Below, piece after piece: positions 24,698 through 39,441 of a stretch of DNA of 64,000 nt. Under the pieces are notes generated by a model, which had not been told where the DNA came from, did not search any database, and saw only the letters and a program-made list of their open reading frames with translations. A program made the position numbers and the translations under genes. Each line of letters starts with the position of its first letter. Position 1 is the stretch's first letter. Origin of the DNA: Yuukianura sp. NJ FZ-2021. Taxonomy: Eukaryota. The DNA lies in NCBI GenBank assembly GCA_046563655.1, contig CM102283.1, positions 1,178,001 to 1,242,000 of the forward strand, in the 5' to 3' direction.

Positions 24698-25905
24698 CTA
24701 TGAGGAGATCATCATCTGTGAAGATCTCTTGCGCGTCAGTCTTCTCGATCGATGCAGAGCCACGGAACCGTTCCAGTAAGCTAAAATGTCGGAATAAATT
24801 AAAGGGGAACGTTATTGGAAGAATAAAGTTTGTGTTTTAAAAAAATCCAGTTCTGAAAAATTTCTTACAGTCATAGCACGGATTTTGATTAATAACTCTT
24901 GGAACAATTTCCTCATCCCAAGCATCATGTTCTTCAAGGTTCCCGCCTAAAGATTTCGGTAGGATTTCTTGTCCAAGGCTTTTTGCAAGGGATTCCATGT
25001 CTCTATGGATGTGAACTCGACTCTGTAGTTTTTTCGGTAACAATTTCACACCTACCTTGTATATTGGCCAAAATATAAGAGGTACGTTCACGAAGTGGAA
25101 TCCGCCTGCTTTCACTGGAAACATTTCCTAAGCAGAAAGTAAATTTTTTCTAACATTCCTTAAATTAATGTTCCATTTTAGGAATATTGCGCAGAACGTA
25201 TTTGTCTCAATTCCTGCGAAATGTGAATTTGACTTAATCAACTAATCTTAGAAATTTCATTATTTTGTTAATTACAATGATGAGTTTGATGCAAAACTTG
25301 AGTGCCTGAGGCGTGAATTCGCGAGCAATGGCGAGTGAGAATCCAGACAAGTCTGAGATGGTGGCGAATCCACTGAGTTGGACAGATACGTCCTGGAAGT
25401 ATTCTTCCGCGATAAAGAAGTAGGCTAACTGTAACTGCTGGAGTGAACTAATTTTAGTGTCCCAATTTGACATACTGAAGTAGGCAACTGTTGCCCCGTC
25501 CTTTTTGTGTTTGAGCATGCGCATAACGTCCATGTCGTAAATGGGCAAGAAGTCACTTGGTCGAATTCCCTCCACAAGTCGGAGGTTGATGAAGATGTTG
25601 TTGTAGTAGTTTTCAATGGCCTCGACTGTTGCATGTGGGCAGTACTTTTTACAGCGCAGGAACTTCACTAGAAATCCACTGTCAGTTTTTACCGGCAGTG
25701 GGAACTTTTTTTCTAAAAAAAAGTCATGAAGTTAGAAAACTAAAAGACTTTAAAATTTTCACAGTAATGAAGTAAAAAAAAAGGCGAAAAAGTTAGGAAT
25801 ACCAAGAAGAGTTTGTCGCACTATGTCGAGCAATTCTGGAATTTTCTGCTCCTTTGACATAATTGCTGCATCTGCCGCCGGAGAAGAGGAAAAGCACTGC
25901 TCCAT
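24698..25905 (-). CDS. CRAL-TRIO / alpha-TTP-like, copy 3
   Basis: Same motifs and 4-exon structure as copy 1, with frames intact. Confidence 0.88.
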
Positions 25906-27149
25906 TCTCAATTAGAAAAAAATTCAAAATAAAAAAAAGAACAAATTTAAAAAAAAAATCGAGTTTTTCCTTAACTACGCAAAATCCAACTGCTGGAAAA
26001 GGATGTAGGAAGGCGGATTTTATTGAAGAAAAATTTCTCACAATTTAAAAGCGTCTTTCTTTAAAAAATTGGCGCAAATCCTTCCGAAAAGATTGCAATG
26101 ATGGGAAAACATTCTTATTTCAAAAATTATGAGTTAATTAAACTGAAATAAGCTAATTAATCTAATCTAAATAAAATGGACAAATTTTTTTAAAAATTGG
26201 TTTAAGGTTTCCCTTGACTAGGCAAAATTCAACTGCTGGAAAAGGGTTTGGGAATGTGGAATTTATTGAAGAAAAATTTCTCACAGTTGAAAAGTTTAAA
26301 ACAGTCATTTTTTAAAAGATTGGCGCAAATCCTTGCGGAAGGATTGCAATGTTGGGAAAACATTCTTATATCAAAAATTACGAGTTAAATAAACTCAAAT
26401 AAGCTAATTAATTCCGAACATGTTAAAATAAAGCATTAACGTAAATGGAATCATGAGATTATTCAGATAAAACCGTATTTTCCGCTTCTGGAATTTTATT
26501 TCTCTTTCCTGAGATGTGAAATTCTGGTTCAAAATTTTTGATTCCTCAACTTTGATGGGAACATTTGACATCAAGGTCAACGCAAAATTTGTCCTTGGAA
26601 TGATTGACGTAACCATGTGACTGCTGCAGGTCAGTTCTGTGGCCTTGTTAAAAATGTACCGGAATCTTCGTTGACGCATTGTGGAAGCCATAAATAACTT
26701 TGACTTAACCAACTCTTTGCAACCACAAAATGTTCTTTGAGTATGGCTTTGCGGATATTAAAATATCTTTTGATATCTTTTTGGGAAATCAACATTTTCT
26801 CATCGTCCAAACTAAATCGCGTTCTAAATTTTCGTTCGCCTTGGTGCAAAGTCGAACTTAAAATGAAATAAAAATGTTTTGAAAAAAAATGAATGAAAAT
26901 TAAGCACGTAAATCCCGTAAATCAAATGTTGTTTTCAGAACTCATTCTGTAAAAATGAAACCTCTAAAACATTTTTCCCAATATACCATTTCTAGATAAT
27001 CACGTTTAATTGTGTTTATTGTGCAATTCCGTGTACCTTGTTCTAAAGATTAAGAAAAACTGGAAATTTTAAATTCCGGACAGTAGAACTAGCAAGCAGA
27101 AAAAAGTCTTGTATCTTTATTATTTTCATAACTAGTGTACATCTTTTAG

Positions 27150-27472
27150 CATGGATGTAATTGTAGTAGTTTTCAATGGCCATGACGGTGGCATGTAGAC
27201 AGTACTTTTTACTGCGCAGGAACTTCACTAGGAATCCACTATCAGTTTTGACCGGTAGAGTAAATGATATTACCAATTTAAACATAGCTATTAATTAAAT
27301 TTTAACTAAATGGTAGCTTTTAAAATTTCCTCTGCAATGAAGTAAAAAAATGCAAAAAGTTGGGGATACCTAAAAGAATTTGTCGCACCATTTCGAGCAA
27401 TTCTGGTATTTTCTGTTACTTGGACGTAACTGCTGGATCTGCCGCCGGAAGAAGAGAATTGGAATGTTCCAT
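27150..27472 (-). pseudogene. CRAL-TRIO copy 4 remnant
   Basis: Exon 1 has an in-frame TAA. Exon 2 stops after IENYYNY and joins directly to 3' flank sequence, indicating a large internal deletion. Confidence 0.85.
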
Positions 27473-30187
27473 TGTCCTTTAGAGAGACAATTTCAAAAGA
27501 TTTTTGTTAGATTTTTAATTTTTAATTTTTAATTAGACTTTTATTTTAATTTTAAACTTTTAATTTAATTATGAAATTTTAATTAAATAATTTTTAATAA
27601 ATTTTTTAAAAAGTGTTTTTGAGTTATTCTTGACTAGAAAAATCCAAAATGTTTGGAAAAAAATTCGCTTGGGTGGATTTTATTGAAAAAAAAATTTCTC
27701 ACATTACGCGTCACCAATTAAAACCTTGGCCTGCGCAAATGCTTCCCAAATGGTTGTGATGATGGGAAATCATTTTTATATCCAAGGTTACGATTTAATT
27801 ACACTCAACTAAGCTAATTACTAAAATGTTGGAGTGTTACGTCATTCCTTTAGCGAACTTTTGTGTGAAATGTGAACTTATAGTTCGAAAGTTTTGATGT
27901 CTCACGTTCGACGCCGACATATGGCATCATAATGAACTAAAAAGTCCTTGGAAATACTGACGTATGACTGTGTGACCGCTGCATGTCACTTTTATGATAC
28001 TGTGTGACCTTGAGCAAAAAAATGCTCCAGGAGCATCATTGACGAAGACGTAGTTTCGTTTATATTACGCAACTCTTTGTGAGTTAAGCGTCATCCAATG
28101 AACAAAATAAAAAGAAAAGGCAAGGTTTTTTGAAATTGAAAAATTGCTTTAGGAAATCGGCGTTTTTTTCGTGCCAACTAGAAAACGGAAGAGTAACAAA
28201 ACGCTTTTGAATGTTGGTTTATTTTGGTTTTTTCAATTTTGAGTCTAACTATAAATATAAACAAATGAAAAGACTTGAAAATCCGTAAATCAGAATTAAT
28301 GTTAGAAAATGCGGTTTCTTAAGAATGCTTATCCAAGTTTTTGCTCTTATATATAAATACTTAATGTCTGTCTAAAAACGTAAGGCAGTTTGTTTACATA
28401 AATTGTCGCAGATTTTGCAGTTGTTGCCATACGTTACTGCAAGGTTGAATGCAATCTGCGCTACATCATTTGTAACCAGTAATCATCCGAATATAAATCA
28501 CTAAAAATAATATCGGAATCATAGGAATCATCCCCAATTTTAGTATTATTATTGGTTGATGAATGCTGTTCCGCATAAACTCTCCACTTCCTCCAGGGTT
28601 GACTTTGGTTTAAAGAAACCAATAGTTTGTCCAAATCAATTATTGAGTAAAACATGGTTTAAATCAATAATCAAGTGTTCTATTTTCTTCTTTTTTTAAA
28701 TAAAAACCGTCCTAACACAAATATACAACACAAAACAAAAGAAATTGGAAATCTCCAGGATTTTTCGGGAAAATAGTGAAGCAACCTGTCGATATCACTG
28801 TCTCCAATTCCTATTGCTGTATTAATCTGTTAGTTTGTTTCAGATTAAAACAGAATTAAAAGAGAAGATTATAAAATTTTGTAAATTTCCTGTGATATAA
28901 TTTTAAATATTTCTATTCTTTGCACTTTGCTATACTCATTTTAGTAATTAACACAACAACGAAATGGAATTAATTAACTAAAAGGAAATAGTGAAGCAGA
29001 AAACCGCAACGGTAAAATAAGCGCCAAAGATTTCAGAAATGATACTGCAGTGATTTACGTTTAAAAATATCTGACGCATGCGCCGGTGTATACATGAGGT
29101 TGCGCACGCGCAACCCAACCCGCGCCGAAAAAATCAAAAATATACGATTGTGAAAATAAATAAACTGCCTTGCGTTTTTAGACAGACATTAATTTATTTT
29201 TTCAGTTTTACCAAGCCAAGTGTGATTGTGTGCGCTGTCCAATTTCCAGCACTTTGATATAAAGATGAACCACAAACGTAAGGTCATCTATGGTTGCAAA
29301 TATGAATAAATCCGGTCGTTACCCGGAGTATACGAAAGTAGTGAAGCACTTAACCTTTGACCCGGAAGGAGTTGACCCACCGGGATGGTATTCAATAGTG
29401 AACTTCCGTCCGACCCACGGTGTTGAGACTGGTGAAAACAGATCCCGCAAATGCTTAGCCGTTTTGGAGATAATTCCCGCCATCGGCAAGACAGACAGAC
29501 AAGGTCAAGCCAATAAGTAGCTTCTCTACTTAATAAAAAAAAAGAACCGATAATAAATTCCAATTCTGGAAAAAAAAAATTAGTGAAAAAACACACGAAC
29601 AAAATATTAATCTACTTGAGTAATATAATTATTAAAAAATAAACTGTAAGAGTTAAGTGAGTAAAGATGGCTTTTAGATTACAAATGGTAGGTAGACTCC
29701 TTCGCTATTCCAAAAAAAATAAGTAGTACGCAAAAAAAAAAATTCAAAATACTAATCTATCTGCATAATATCAACAAAAATATGACAATTATAAACTATA
29801 GAATTAAAGCTGCTTTGAGAAGGTTTTTTAAAAGTAAAATTTAAAGTGAAAAATCATATTTCTAAAGGCGAAAGTCTGTTATTTTCGCAAAACCTACAAT
29901 TGGAGCTATATTAAATTCAACAGTCCGTCAGCGACATTTGCGTATGACGGCGAAAGTCTGAATCTAAACAGAATTGAAGAAATTAAAAAATAAAGAAAAT
30001 GTAGGTAAAACTGCAGCATAAGCATGAAATTGATTGGAAAAATTGAAAAATTTCTTTACTACTTCCATAACTAGTGTACATAATTTCACTTTCAATATAG
30101 TCATTTGACAACCCAGTTTTTTAAAAACACTTTCATAATTTACAAAGTTTGCTATGAGGTCATCACCAAGTCTGAGGGTCCCTTGTA

Positions 30188-31396
30188 CTAAATCAGTGTT
30201 CTCGTTCGATGAAGAGGAACGGAGCCGTTCCAGTTAGCTACAATTTTGAAATAAAGTAAATTGGAATGTAATTGGCAAAAATGTGATTTTTTTAGAATCC
30301 AATTTTGGAAGTTTCCTTACAGTCGTAACACGGATTTTGCTTAATAACTCTTGGAATAATTTCCTCATCCCAAGCATCATGTTCTTCAAGGTTCCCGCCT
30401 AAAGATTTCGGTAGGATGTCTGGTCCAAGGCTTTTTGCAAGGGATTCCATGTCTCTATGGATGTGAAGTCGACTCTGAATTTTCTTCGGCAGTAATTTCA
30501 CACCAAGTTTGTAAATTGGCCAAAATACAAGAGGTACATTCACGAAGTGCAGTCCGCCCACCTTAATTGGATACATGCCCTGCGCAAAAATGTTTTTTTT
30601 TCTAAACTTCCTTACATTAAAGGGTATTTGTTGCGTAAACTATAACAAACTAAAACGAAAGTGTTCAGTAGCAGGAATGTTTGACTTACTTCCTGCTTAA
30701 CCGAATTAATTTAAGTGTCAATTCACGCTTTTAGCACATAGGATTAATTATTTTGTGAATTACAATGGTGTATTTGATGTAAAGCTTGAGTGTGTGAGGC
30801 GTGAATTCGCGAGCAATGGCGAATGAGAATCCAGACAAGTCTGAGATGGTGACAAATCCACTGAATTGGACGGATACGTCCTGAAAGTATTCTTCCATTA
30901 CAAAGGAGTATGCTAACTGTAAATGCTGGAGGGAACCAGTTTTGGTGTCCCAGTTTGATGTACTGAAGTAAGCAACTGTTGCGCCGGCCTTCTTGTGTTT
31001 AAGTATGCGCATGATTTCCATGTCGTAGATAGGCAAGAAGTCACTTGGCCGAATTCCCTCCACAAGTCGGAGGTTAATGAAGATGTTGTTGTAGTAGTTT
31101 TCGATGGCCACCACGGTGGCATGTGGACAGTACTTTTTACAGCGCAGGAACTTCACTAGAAATCCACTGTCAGTTTTTACCGGCAGTGGGAACTTCTTTT
31201 CTACAAAAAGTCATGAAGTTAGAAAATAATAGACTTTAAAATTTTCACCGTAACGAAGTAAAAAAAAGGCGGAAAAGTTAGGAATACCAAGAAGAGTTTG
31301 TCGCACTATGTCGAGCAATTCTGGAATTTTCTGCTCCTTTGACATTATTGCTGCATCTGCCGCCGGAGAAGAAGAAAAGCATTGCTCCATTGTCAT
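30188..31396 (-). CDS. CRAL-TRIO / alpha-TTP-like, copy 5
   Basis: Same motifs and exons, with a shortened C-terminal tail. Confidence 0.85.
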
Positions 31397-32419
31397 TTAT
31401 AAAATCAATTTTTAAAAAAAAATGGACAAATTTAAAAAAAAAGATGTTTTCAGGTTCCCCTTGACTAGGCAAAATCCAACTGCTGGAAAAAGGTTTGGGA
31501 AGGTAGATTTTATTGAAGAAAAATTTCTCACAGTTGAAAAGTTTAAAACCGTCATTTTTTAAAAGATTGGCGCAAATCCTTCCGGAAGAATTGCAATGAT
31601 GGGAAAACATTCTTATATAAAAAAAAAATTACGAGTTAATTAAACTGGAATAAGCTAATTAATTCCAAACATGTTAAAATAAAGCATAACGTAAATGGAA
31701 TTATGAGATTTTTTAGATAAAACCGTATTTTACACTTTTGGAATTTTATTTCTCTTGGTTAATATTTTCCTGAAATGGTCAGTTCGCTGCAGGTCAGTTC
31801 TGTGGCCTTGTTAAAAAATTGTACCGGAATCTTCGTTGAGGCATTGTGGAAGCCATAATTAACTTTGACTTAAGCAACTCTTTGCGTACAAAAAAGCAAA
31901 ACACAAAATGTTTTTTGAGTAAGGCTTTGCGGATATTAAAATATCTTTTTATATCTTTTTGGGAAATCAACATTTTCTCCTTGTCCCAACTAAAAAACTA
32001 AAAAGTAACAAAACGCGTTTTAAATGTTCGTTTACTTTGGTGCAATGTCGAACTTAAGATGAAATGAAAATTTTTTTTTAAATGAATGAAAATTAAACAC
32101 GTAAATCCCGTAAATCAGATTTTATGTTTGTGTATATGTTTTATTCACAACGCTTTCTGTAAAAATGAAACCTCGAAAACATCTTTTCCAATACACCATT
32201 TCTACATAATCACGTTTAATTGTATTCGTATACTTTGTTCTAAAGAATAACAAAAAAGAGGAAAATTTAAATTCCGGAAAGTAGAACCTGCAATGCAAAC
32301 AGAAGAAAGCCTTGTATCTTTACTATTTTCATAACTATAGTGTACATCATTTCACTTTCCAAATTTTCAGTTTGCCTACCTATTATTCCAAAAATATTTT
32401 CATAATTTATACAAGTTTT

Positions 32420-33663
32420 CTATGCGGCCATCATAATCTGTGAAGATCTCTTTCGACTCATTCTTCTCGCTCGATGAAGAGCAGCAGAACCGTTCCAGTA
32501 AACTAAATTTTGACACAAAGTAAATTGTAATGTCGTCTTTTAGTAGAAAAAAATGTGTTTAAAATATTTAATTTTTGAAATTTTCTTACAGTCATAGCAC
32601 GGATTTTGATTAATAACGCTTGGAACAATTTCCTCATCCCACGCTTCATGTTCTTCAAGGTTCCCGCCTAAAGATTTCGGTAGAATTTCTGGTCCAAGAC
32701 TTTTTGCAAGGGATTCCATGTCTCTATGGATGTGAATTCGACTTTGAAGTTTTTTCGACAATAGTTTCACCCCTACTTTGTAAATGGGCCAAAATATAAG
32801 AGGTACATTCACGAAGTGGAACGCGCGGGCCTTCATTGGAAACATTTCCTGCGCAACAGATAAAATGCTTTTTAACATTCTTAAACGTAGAGTGTCTTAG
32901 TCCCGGAATATTCTTGCATACAAAATCAAACCCTTCAGTAATGCCTAGAACGCGTATTTGACACAATTGCGGCTTAGCTAAAGCGATTAGGATCAAATTA
33001 AAATTATTTTGTTAATTACAATGAGGAGTTTCATGTAAAACTTGATTGCCTGCGGCGTGAATTGGCGAGCAATGGCGAATGAGAATCCAGACAAGTCGGA
33101 GATGCTGACGAATCCACTGATTTGGACGGATACGTCCTGGAGGATTTCTTCCATAAAAAAGGAGTAGGCCAACTGTAACTGTTGTAGGGGACCAATTTTA
33201 GTGTCCCAATTTGGCGTACTGAAGAAGGCAATTCTTGCCCCGTCCTTCTTGTATTTGAGCATGCGCAGAACGTCCATGTTGTAGATGGGCATGAAGTCAC
33301 AGGGTCGAATTCCCTCCATGAGTCGGAGGTTAACGAAGATACTGTTGTAATAGTTTTCAATAGCCTCAACGGTGGCATGTGGACAGTACTTTTTGCAGCG
33401 CAGGAACTTCACTAAGAATCCACTGTCAGTTTTTACTGTCAGAGGAAATTTCTTTTCTACAAGAAGTAACGAAATTATGAATGTAAAAAATTAAAAAAAA
33501 AGTTGAAATTTTTAAATAAGCGAAGTTAAAAACACGAAAAAGTTGGGGATGTACCTAACAGAATTTGTCGGACAATTTGAAGCAACTCCGGTATTTTCTG
33601 TTCGTTTGACATGATTGCTGGATCTGCCCCCAGAGGTGGAAAAAAACACTGTTCCATTTTCAT
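32420..33663 (-). CDS. CRAL-TRIO / alpha-TTP-like, copy 6
   Basis: Same motifs and exons, with frames intact. Confidence 0.88.
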
Positions 33664-35063
33664 TTCGAAATCAATTAAAAACAATTGCCAACAAATTTTC
33701 TCCTTTTAAAAGAAAACGTTTTTGGGTATTTCTTGGATAGCAAAATTGAAAATGTTTGGAAATTAATTTGGTAAGGTTGATTTTATTGAAGCAAATTTTC
33801 TCACAGTTAGCGTCACTTGTTAAAACATTGGCGCAAATCCTGCCCAAAGGATTGTGATGATGGGAAAACATTGTTTATCTAAAATTACGAGTTAACTAAA
33901 CTCATCCAGCTAAGCGAATTACTAAACGTCTAAATAAGGCATTAGCATCAATGTTCCAATGAATTTTGTGAAATTGTATTAAAATAAAGTCGAATTTTCC
34001 AGCTTTGAAATTTTATTTAATTTATTTTTTGCCTGGAATGTCAAATTGTAGCTCGAAATTTTTATTTCTCCCCTTCGATACCCACATTTGGCATCAAAAT
34101 GAACTGAAAAGCTGTTGGAAATATGGACGTATGAGCGCTGCGGGTCACTTCTTTGGTACTGTGTGACCTTGTAAAATATGCTCCAGAAGCGTCATTGACG
34201 AAGACGTAGTTTCATTTAGATTACGCAACTTTTTGTAATCAGGCATCTCCAACGAACGAAACAAAAAGTAGGGTTTTTCTTGTCCGGAAATTGAAAAATA
34301 TCTCTTTGGAAAATCATTCTTTTCTCATCGTACCAACTAAAAAACTAAAAAAAGAAAGTAGCAAATGCAAAACGTGTTCCAAATGTTCGTCTGCCTTAGT
34401 TTAAATTAAAATTGAAGTTAAAATTATGAATAAAAATTCGTGAAAATTAAAGTTGGAAATCCCGTCAATCAGATTAAATATTAGGCAATATTACGCTGAT
34501 TTCTCTAGAATGTATTCTGTAAAAAATTAAAAATTCACAAACTTGTTTTCAAGTTTACATAACCACATCTAATCGTGTGTATTGCCCAATTTCCTGCACA
34601 TTGTTCTAAAGATGAATATCAAACACGTATAAGTTATGGTTACTAATATGTAAAAAAAAACAACTGGAAAATCCGATTCTGGAAGATAGAATTAAGCAAA
34701 AACGAATAAAGAAATATTAATTGCATAATATAAATAAGAATGTCAAAATTAGGAGCTAATAAGAGTAAAGATGCTTTTAGATTAGAGATGGGAGAATTCA
34801 TTTATGTTTCAGTGAATTACAGAACTTGGATTGTTTTGTAGTAAGATCAACATGCATATGCAGATAGAAGATGTGGGGGAAGGCTTTTTAAAGTTAAGTT
34901 TAATTTTACTTTGAACTCAAAGCTTTAGGTTGAATTGAATTCGAAAAATGAAACTGTCTTGTATCTTCACTAAATTCATAATTCGTATTAATATGAGTTT
35001 CAAAATTGCAAATATGACAACTTAGCAATTTAAAAATATTTTCATAATTTATAAATTTTGCTA

Positions 35064-36318
35064 TTAGGCCATCATCATTTGTGAAGATCTTTTACGAGTG
35101 AGTCTTCTCGCTCGGTGAAGAGCCACGGAACCGTTCCAGTAAGCTAAAATTTTGAAACAAAGTAAATTAGAACGTTATTGGAAGAAAAAAATAAGCTGTG
35201 TTTTTAAAAATCCAATTGTGAAAAATTCCTTACAGTCATAGCACGGGTTTTGATTAATAATTTTTGGCACAATTTCCTCATCCCAAGCTTCATATTCTTC
35301 AAGGTTCCCGCCTAAAGATTTCGGTAGGATTTCTGGTCCAAGGCTTTTTGCAAGGGATTCCATGTCTCTATGGATGTGAACTCGACTCTGAAGTTTTTTC
35401 GGTAACAATTTCACACCTACCTTGTATATTGGCCAAAATATAACAGGTATGTTCACGAAGTGGAATCCGCCTGCTTTCACTGGGCACATTTCCTGAGAGT
35501 AGAAAGTAAATTTTTTTCTAACAGGTTCGAAATTAATGTTCAACTTTAGGAATATTGTTGTTTACATACTAAAACTTTAGCGTTTATGCGCTTCAGTGTT
35601 TAGTTGTTGACTCAATTCCTGATTAATCGATTTGACTTAGAAGTCATTATAGCTTAGGAATTAAATTATTTTGTTAATTACAGTAAGTAGTTTGACGCAA
35701 AACTTCATTGCTTGAGGCGTGAATTCGCGGGCAATGGCGAATGAGAATCCAGACAAGTCTGAGATGCTGACGAATCCACTGAATTGGACGGATACATCCT
35801 GGAGGTATTCTTCCGCGACAAAAGAGTAGGCCAGCTGTAACTGCTGGAGTGAACTAATTTTAGTGTCCCAGTTTGCCGTACTGAAGAAGGACACTGTTGC
35901 ACCGTCCTTTTTGTGTTTGAGTATGCGCATAGCTTCCATGTCGTAGATAGGCAAGAAGTCACTTGGTCGAATTCCCTCTACGAGCCGTAAGTTGCTGAAG
36001 ATGCTGTTGTAATAGTTTTCAATGGCCACCACAGTGGCATGTGGACAGTACTTTTTACAGCGCAGGAACTTCACTAGGAATCCACTGTCTGTCTTCACCG
36101 GTAGCGGAAATTTCTTTTCTACAAAAAATCACGATATTATATGTTTAGAAAATGAAAGTTTCTCTCTTGAATTTTTGCAGTATCGAAGTTAAAAAGTCGA
36201 AAAAGTTCGGCATACCTGAAATAATTTGTCGCACAATTTCGAGCAATTCTGGTATTTTTTGTTCCTTTGACGTAACTGATGGATCTACGGCCGGAGGAAA
36301 AGAATGGAAATGTTCCAT
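35064..36318 (-). CDS. CRAL-TRIO / alpha-TTP-like, copy 7
   Basis: Same motifs and exons, with frames intact. Confidence 0.88.
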
Positions 36319-37672
36319 TGTCCGTTTTAGAGACAATTTAAAGAAAAATTATCACCAAATTTTTCTAAAAACGTTTTTGGACTATTCTTGACTAGAAAAG
36401 TCAAAATGTTTGGAAAAGGATTCGTTAAGGTGGATTTTATTGAAGAAAGATTTCTCACATTACGTGTCACTAGTTAAAACACTGACGAGCAAAAATACTT
36501 CCCAAACGACCGTGATGATGTGAAATCATTTTTATATCTAAAATTACGAGTTAATTACACTCAATTAATCTAATTACTAAAATGTTAAAGTTTGGCGTCA
36601 TTTCCTTTGTTAACTTTTGTGTGAAATGTGAAATTATACTTTGAAATTTTTGATTTCTCAACTGCGATGAGCACATTTGGCATCAAGTGAACGGAAAATT
36701 CCTTAAAAAGATTGACGTATGACACCGTGTGACCGCTGCAGGTCAAATCTAAGGTAATGACCTTGTGAAAAAAAATGTTCCAGCAGCATCACTGATGAAG
36801 ACGTAGTTTCATTTCAATGTAAACTACTTTTTGCGATTAGGCGTCATCCTATGAACGAAAAAAAAGTAGGATTTTTCGGAACTTGAAAAATCTCTTTGGG
36901 AAATCAACGTTTTCTTATCGTGGCAACTAAAACAGAAGGCGTCACACCCATTGTGCAAGTTGGTTTGCATTGGTTCAAATTGCAATTTAAGTTAAACTAA
37001 AATTATGAACAAAATTAATGAAAATTAAAGCTGTAAATCCCGGAAATCAGATTTAACATTAGCCAATATGTTTTGTTTAGAATGCATTCTCTAAAAATTA
37101 AAACTTTGAACAATGGTGGTTTTTCCAGGTTTTCACTTTTACACAACCCCATGTTATTGTGGGTTTTGTGCCATTTCCTGTACATTGTTTTAAAGATGAA
37201 CGACAAACACTTAAGATATATGGTTATGTAAAAAAAACTGGAAAATTCCAATTGTCGGACATACAAGTACTAAAAAAACCAAACTATTACTACGAGCACA
37301 ATGTAAATAAAACTTTAAAATTTACAAAGCAAGAATTGAAGCTATTCAATTCTACAAACATCCAGCGGGCTTCTTGGATTACTACGATGGTCTATGTCTA
37401 AACTAAAAATTTAAAAGAATGTTAATAAAAGTGAAGCAACGAACATACAGATAGAAGAAGAAAGGGAAAGCTTAAACTTCAGATTAAGTCTAATTTTACG
37501 TTAAAATGTAATGGTTGATTTATTAGGAACTGCGGTATCCTGCGTTGCTTGTAATTCCACCGTGGACGTAGAATTGAATTGGAAAAATGAAACTGTCTTA
37601 TAATATATTTTCATAATTTCAATTAATTTCAGTTTAAAAATTGTCAGCATTTCAAAAATATTTCATAATTTA

Positions 37673-39204
37673 TCAAATTTGCTGTGAGGTCATCATGATC
37701 CGTGAAGATCTCTCGCCGGTCAACCTTCTCGCCCGATGAAGTGCAATGGAATCGTTCCAGTAAGCTAAAAATTTGAAATGGTTTAGCAAATTTCAATGTT
37801 ATTTGCAGAAAAATTTTTTTTTTTAATGAAATACAATTTTGGAAATTTCCTTACAGTCATAGCACGGATTTTCACTAATAACTCTTGGAATAGTTTTGTC
37901 ATCCCAAGCATCATGCTCTTCAAGGTTACCACCTAAAGATTTTGGTAGAATTTCTGGTCCAACATTTGTAGCAAGGGATTCCATGTCTCTATGGATGTGA
38001 ACTCGCTTCTGAATTTTTTTCGACAACAATTTCACACCTACTTTGTGAACTGGCCAAAATATAAGCGGTACGTTCACGAAGTGGAATCCACCCGCTTTCA
38101 TTGGAAACATTTCCTGCGCAGAAACCAAATTTTTTTTTCAACATTCCTTAAATTTAGACATTATTATTCAAGTTTAGGCATATATTGTAGAAACTAAAAC
38201 TTTAGTCATGTTCTTGCGCAGAACGCATTAGGCACAATTCCTTGTAACAGGTCAAGGTAAATAGAATACTACTAGGTAGCGCGAATGGAAAATTTGTTTG
38301 GTTGCCATGTGGAAAAAAAAATGACGTCACCCGCTGAAAATACCGGAATTCTGCCAATTATTGGTGGGGTCCTATAGAAACCCGTAAGACACTTCTTGTT
38401 TACATAAGTGCCAGCGGGTTCCAATTTCACGATTACGGTATTTTTCAGCTGGTGACGTCACAAACAAAAAATTGTGTTGGTTGCTATGGGCGCCATTTGC
38501 AGGGGGCTGGTAATAGGTAAGGTATCAAAAGCTTGGCAATGATAATTAAGTGGTTTCGTTAATTACAGTGAAGAGTTTGACCAAAAACATGAGTGCTTGA
38601 GGCTTAAATTGGCGAGCAATGGAAAATGAGAATCCAGACAAGTCTACGATACAGACGAATCCACTGATTTGGACGGAAACATCTTGAACGTATTCTTCCA
38701 TGAAGAAACAGTAGGCCAACTGTAACTGCTGGAGAGAACCAATTTTAGTGTCCCAGTTTGCCGTACTAAAGAAAGAAACAACTGCCCCGTCCCTCCTGTG
38801 TTTGAGCATGCGCATGACTTCCATGTCGTAGATGGGCATGAAGTCACTTGGCCGAATCCCTTCCAAAAGCCGGAGGTTGGCGAAGATGTTGTTGTAGTAG
38901 TTTTCAATGGCCACCAGAGTGGCATGTGGACAGTACTTTTTACAACGCAGGAACTTCACTAGAAATGCACTGTCAGTCCTCATCTGCAGAGGGAACTTCT
39001 TTTCTGCAAAAAGTTAGAATATTATAAATTTAGTAAAAATGATAGTTTTTGAAATTTTAGCAGTAGCGAAGTAAAAAAAAAACAAAAGAGGTTAAGAGTA
39101 CCTAAAAGAACTTGTCGCACTACTTCGAGCAATTCTGGAACTTTCTGTTCCTTTGACGTAGTTGTGGGATCTGGCACCAGAGGGAGAAAATACCAGTGTT
39201 CCAT
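37673..39204 (-). CDS. CRAL-TRIO / alpha-TTP-like, copy 8
   Basis: Same motifs and exons. The usual TAG is CAG here, giving a 3-codon extension. Confidence 0.87.
38253..38510 (+). mobile_element. 258-bp hAT-like element, same family as 2359-2616
   Basis: caaggtaaat...gggggctgg flanked by taacaggt/taataggt (8-bp TSD, 1 mismatch). It is absent from the paralogous intron of copy 1 (~20660). Confidence 0.85.
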
Positions 39205-39441
39205 TGTTATTTGGAATTTGGAAAACAATTTTTAAAAAAATGCCAACTTTTTTCGAATTACGAACTTCGGATTTTCGAATACGAAAATTGGAATTGTTTG
39301 AAAAAAATTGGTTAATGTGGACTTTATTGACTAAAAACTTCTCACAGTACGCGTCGTTTTTTAAAACAGTGGTGGGAATACTCTCTAAAAGATTACGACG
39401 ATTAGAAAACATTTTTATATCCAAAACTTACGAGTTTATTA

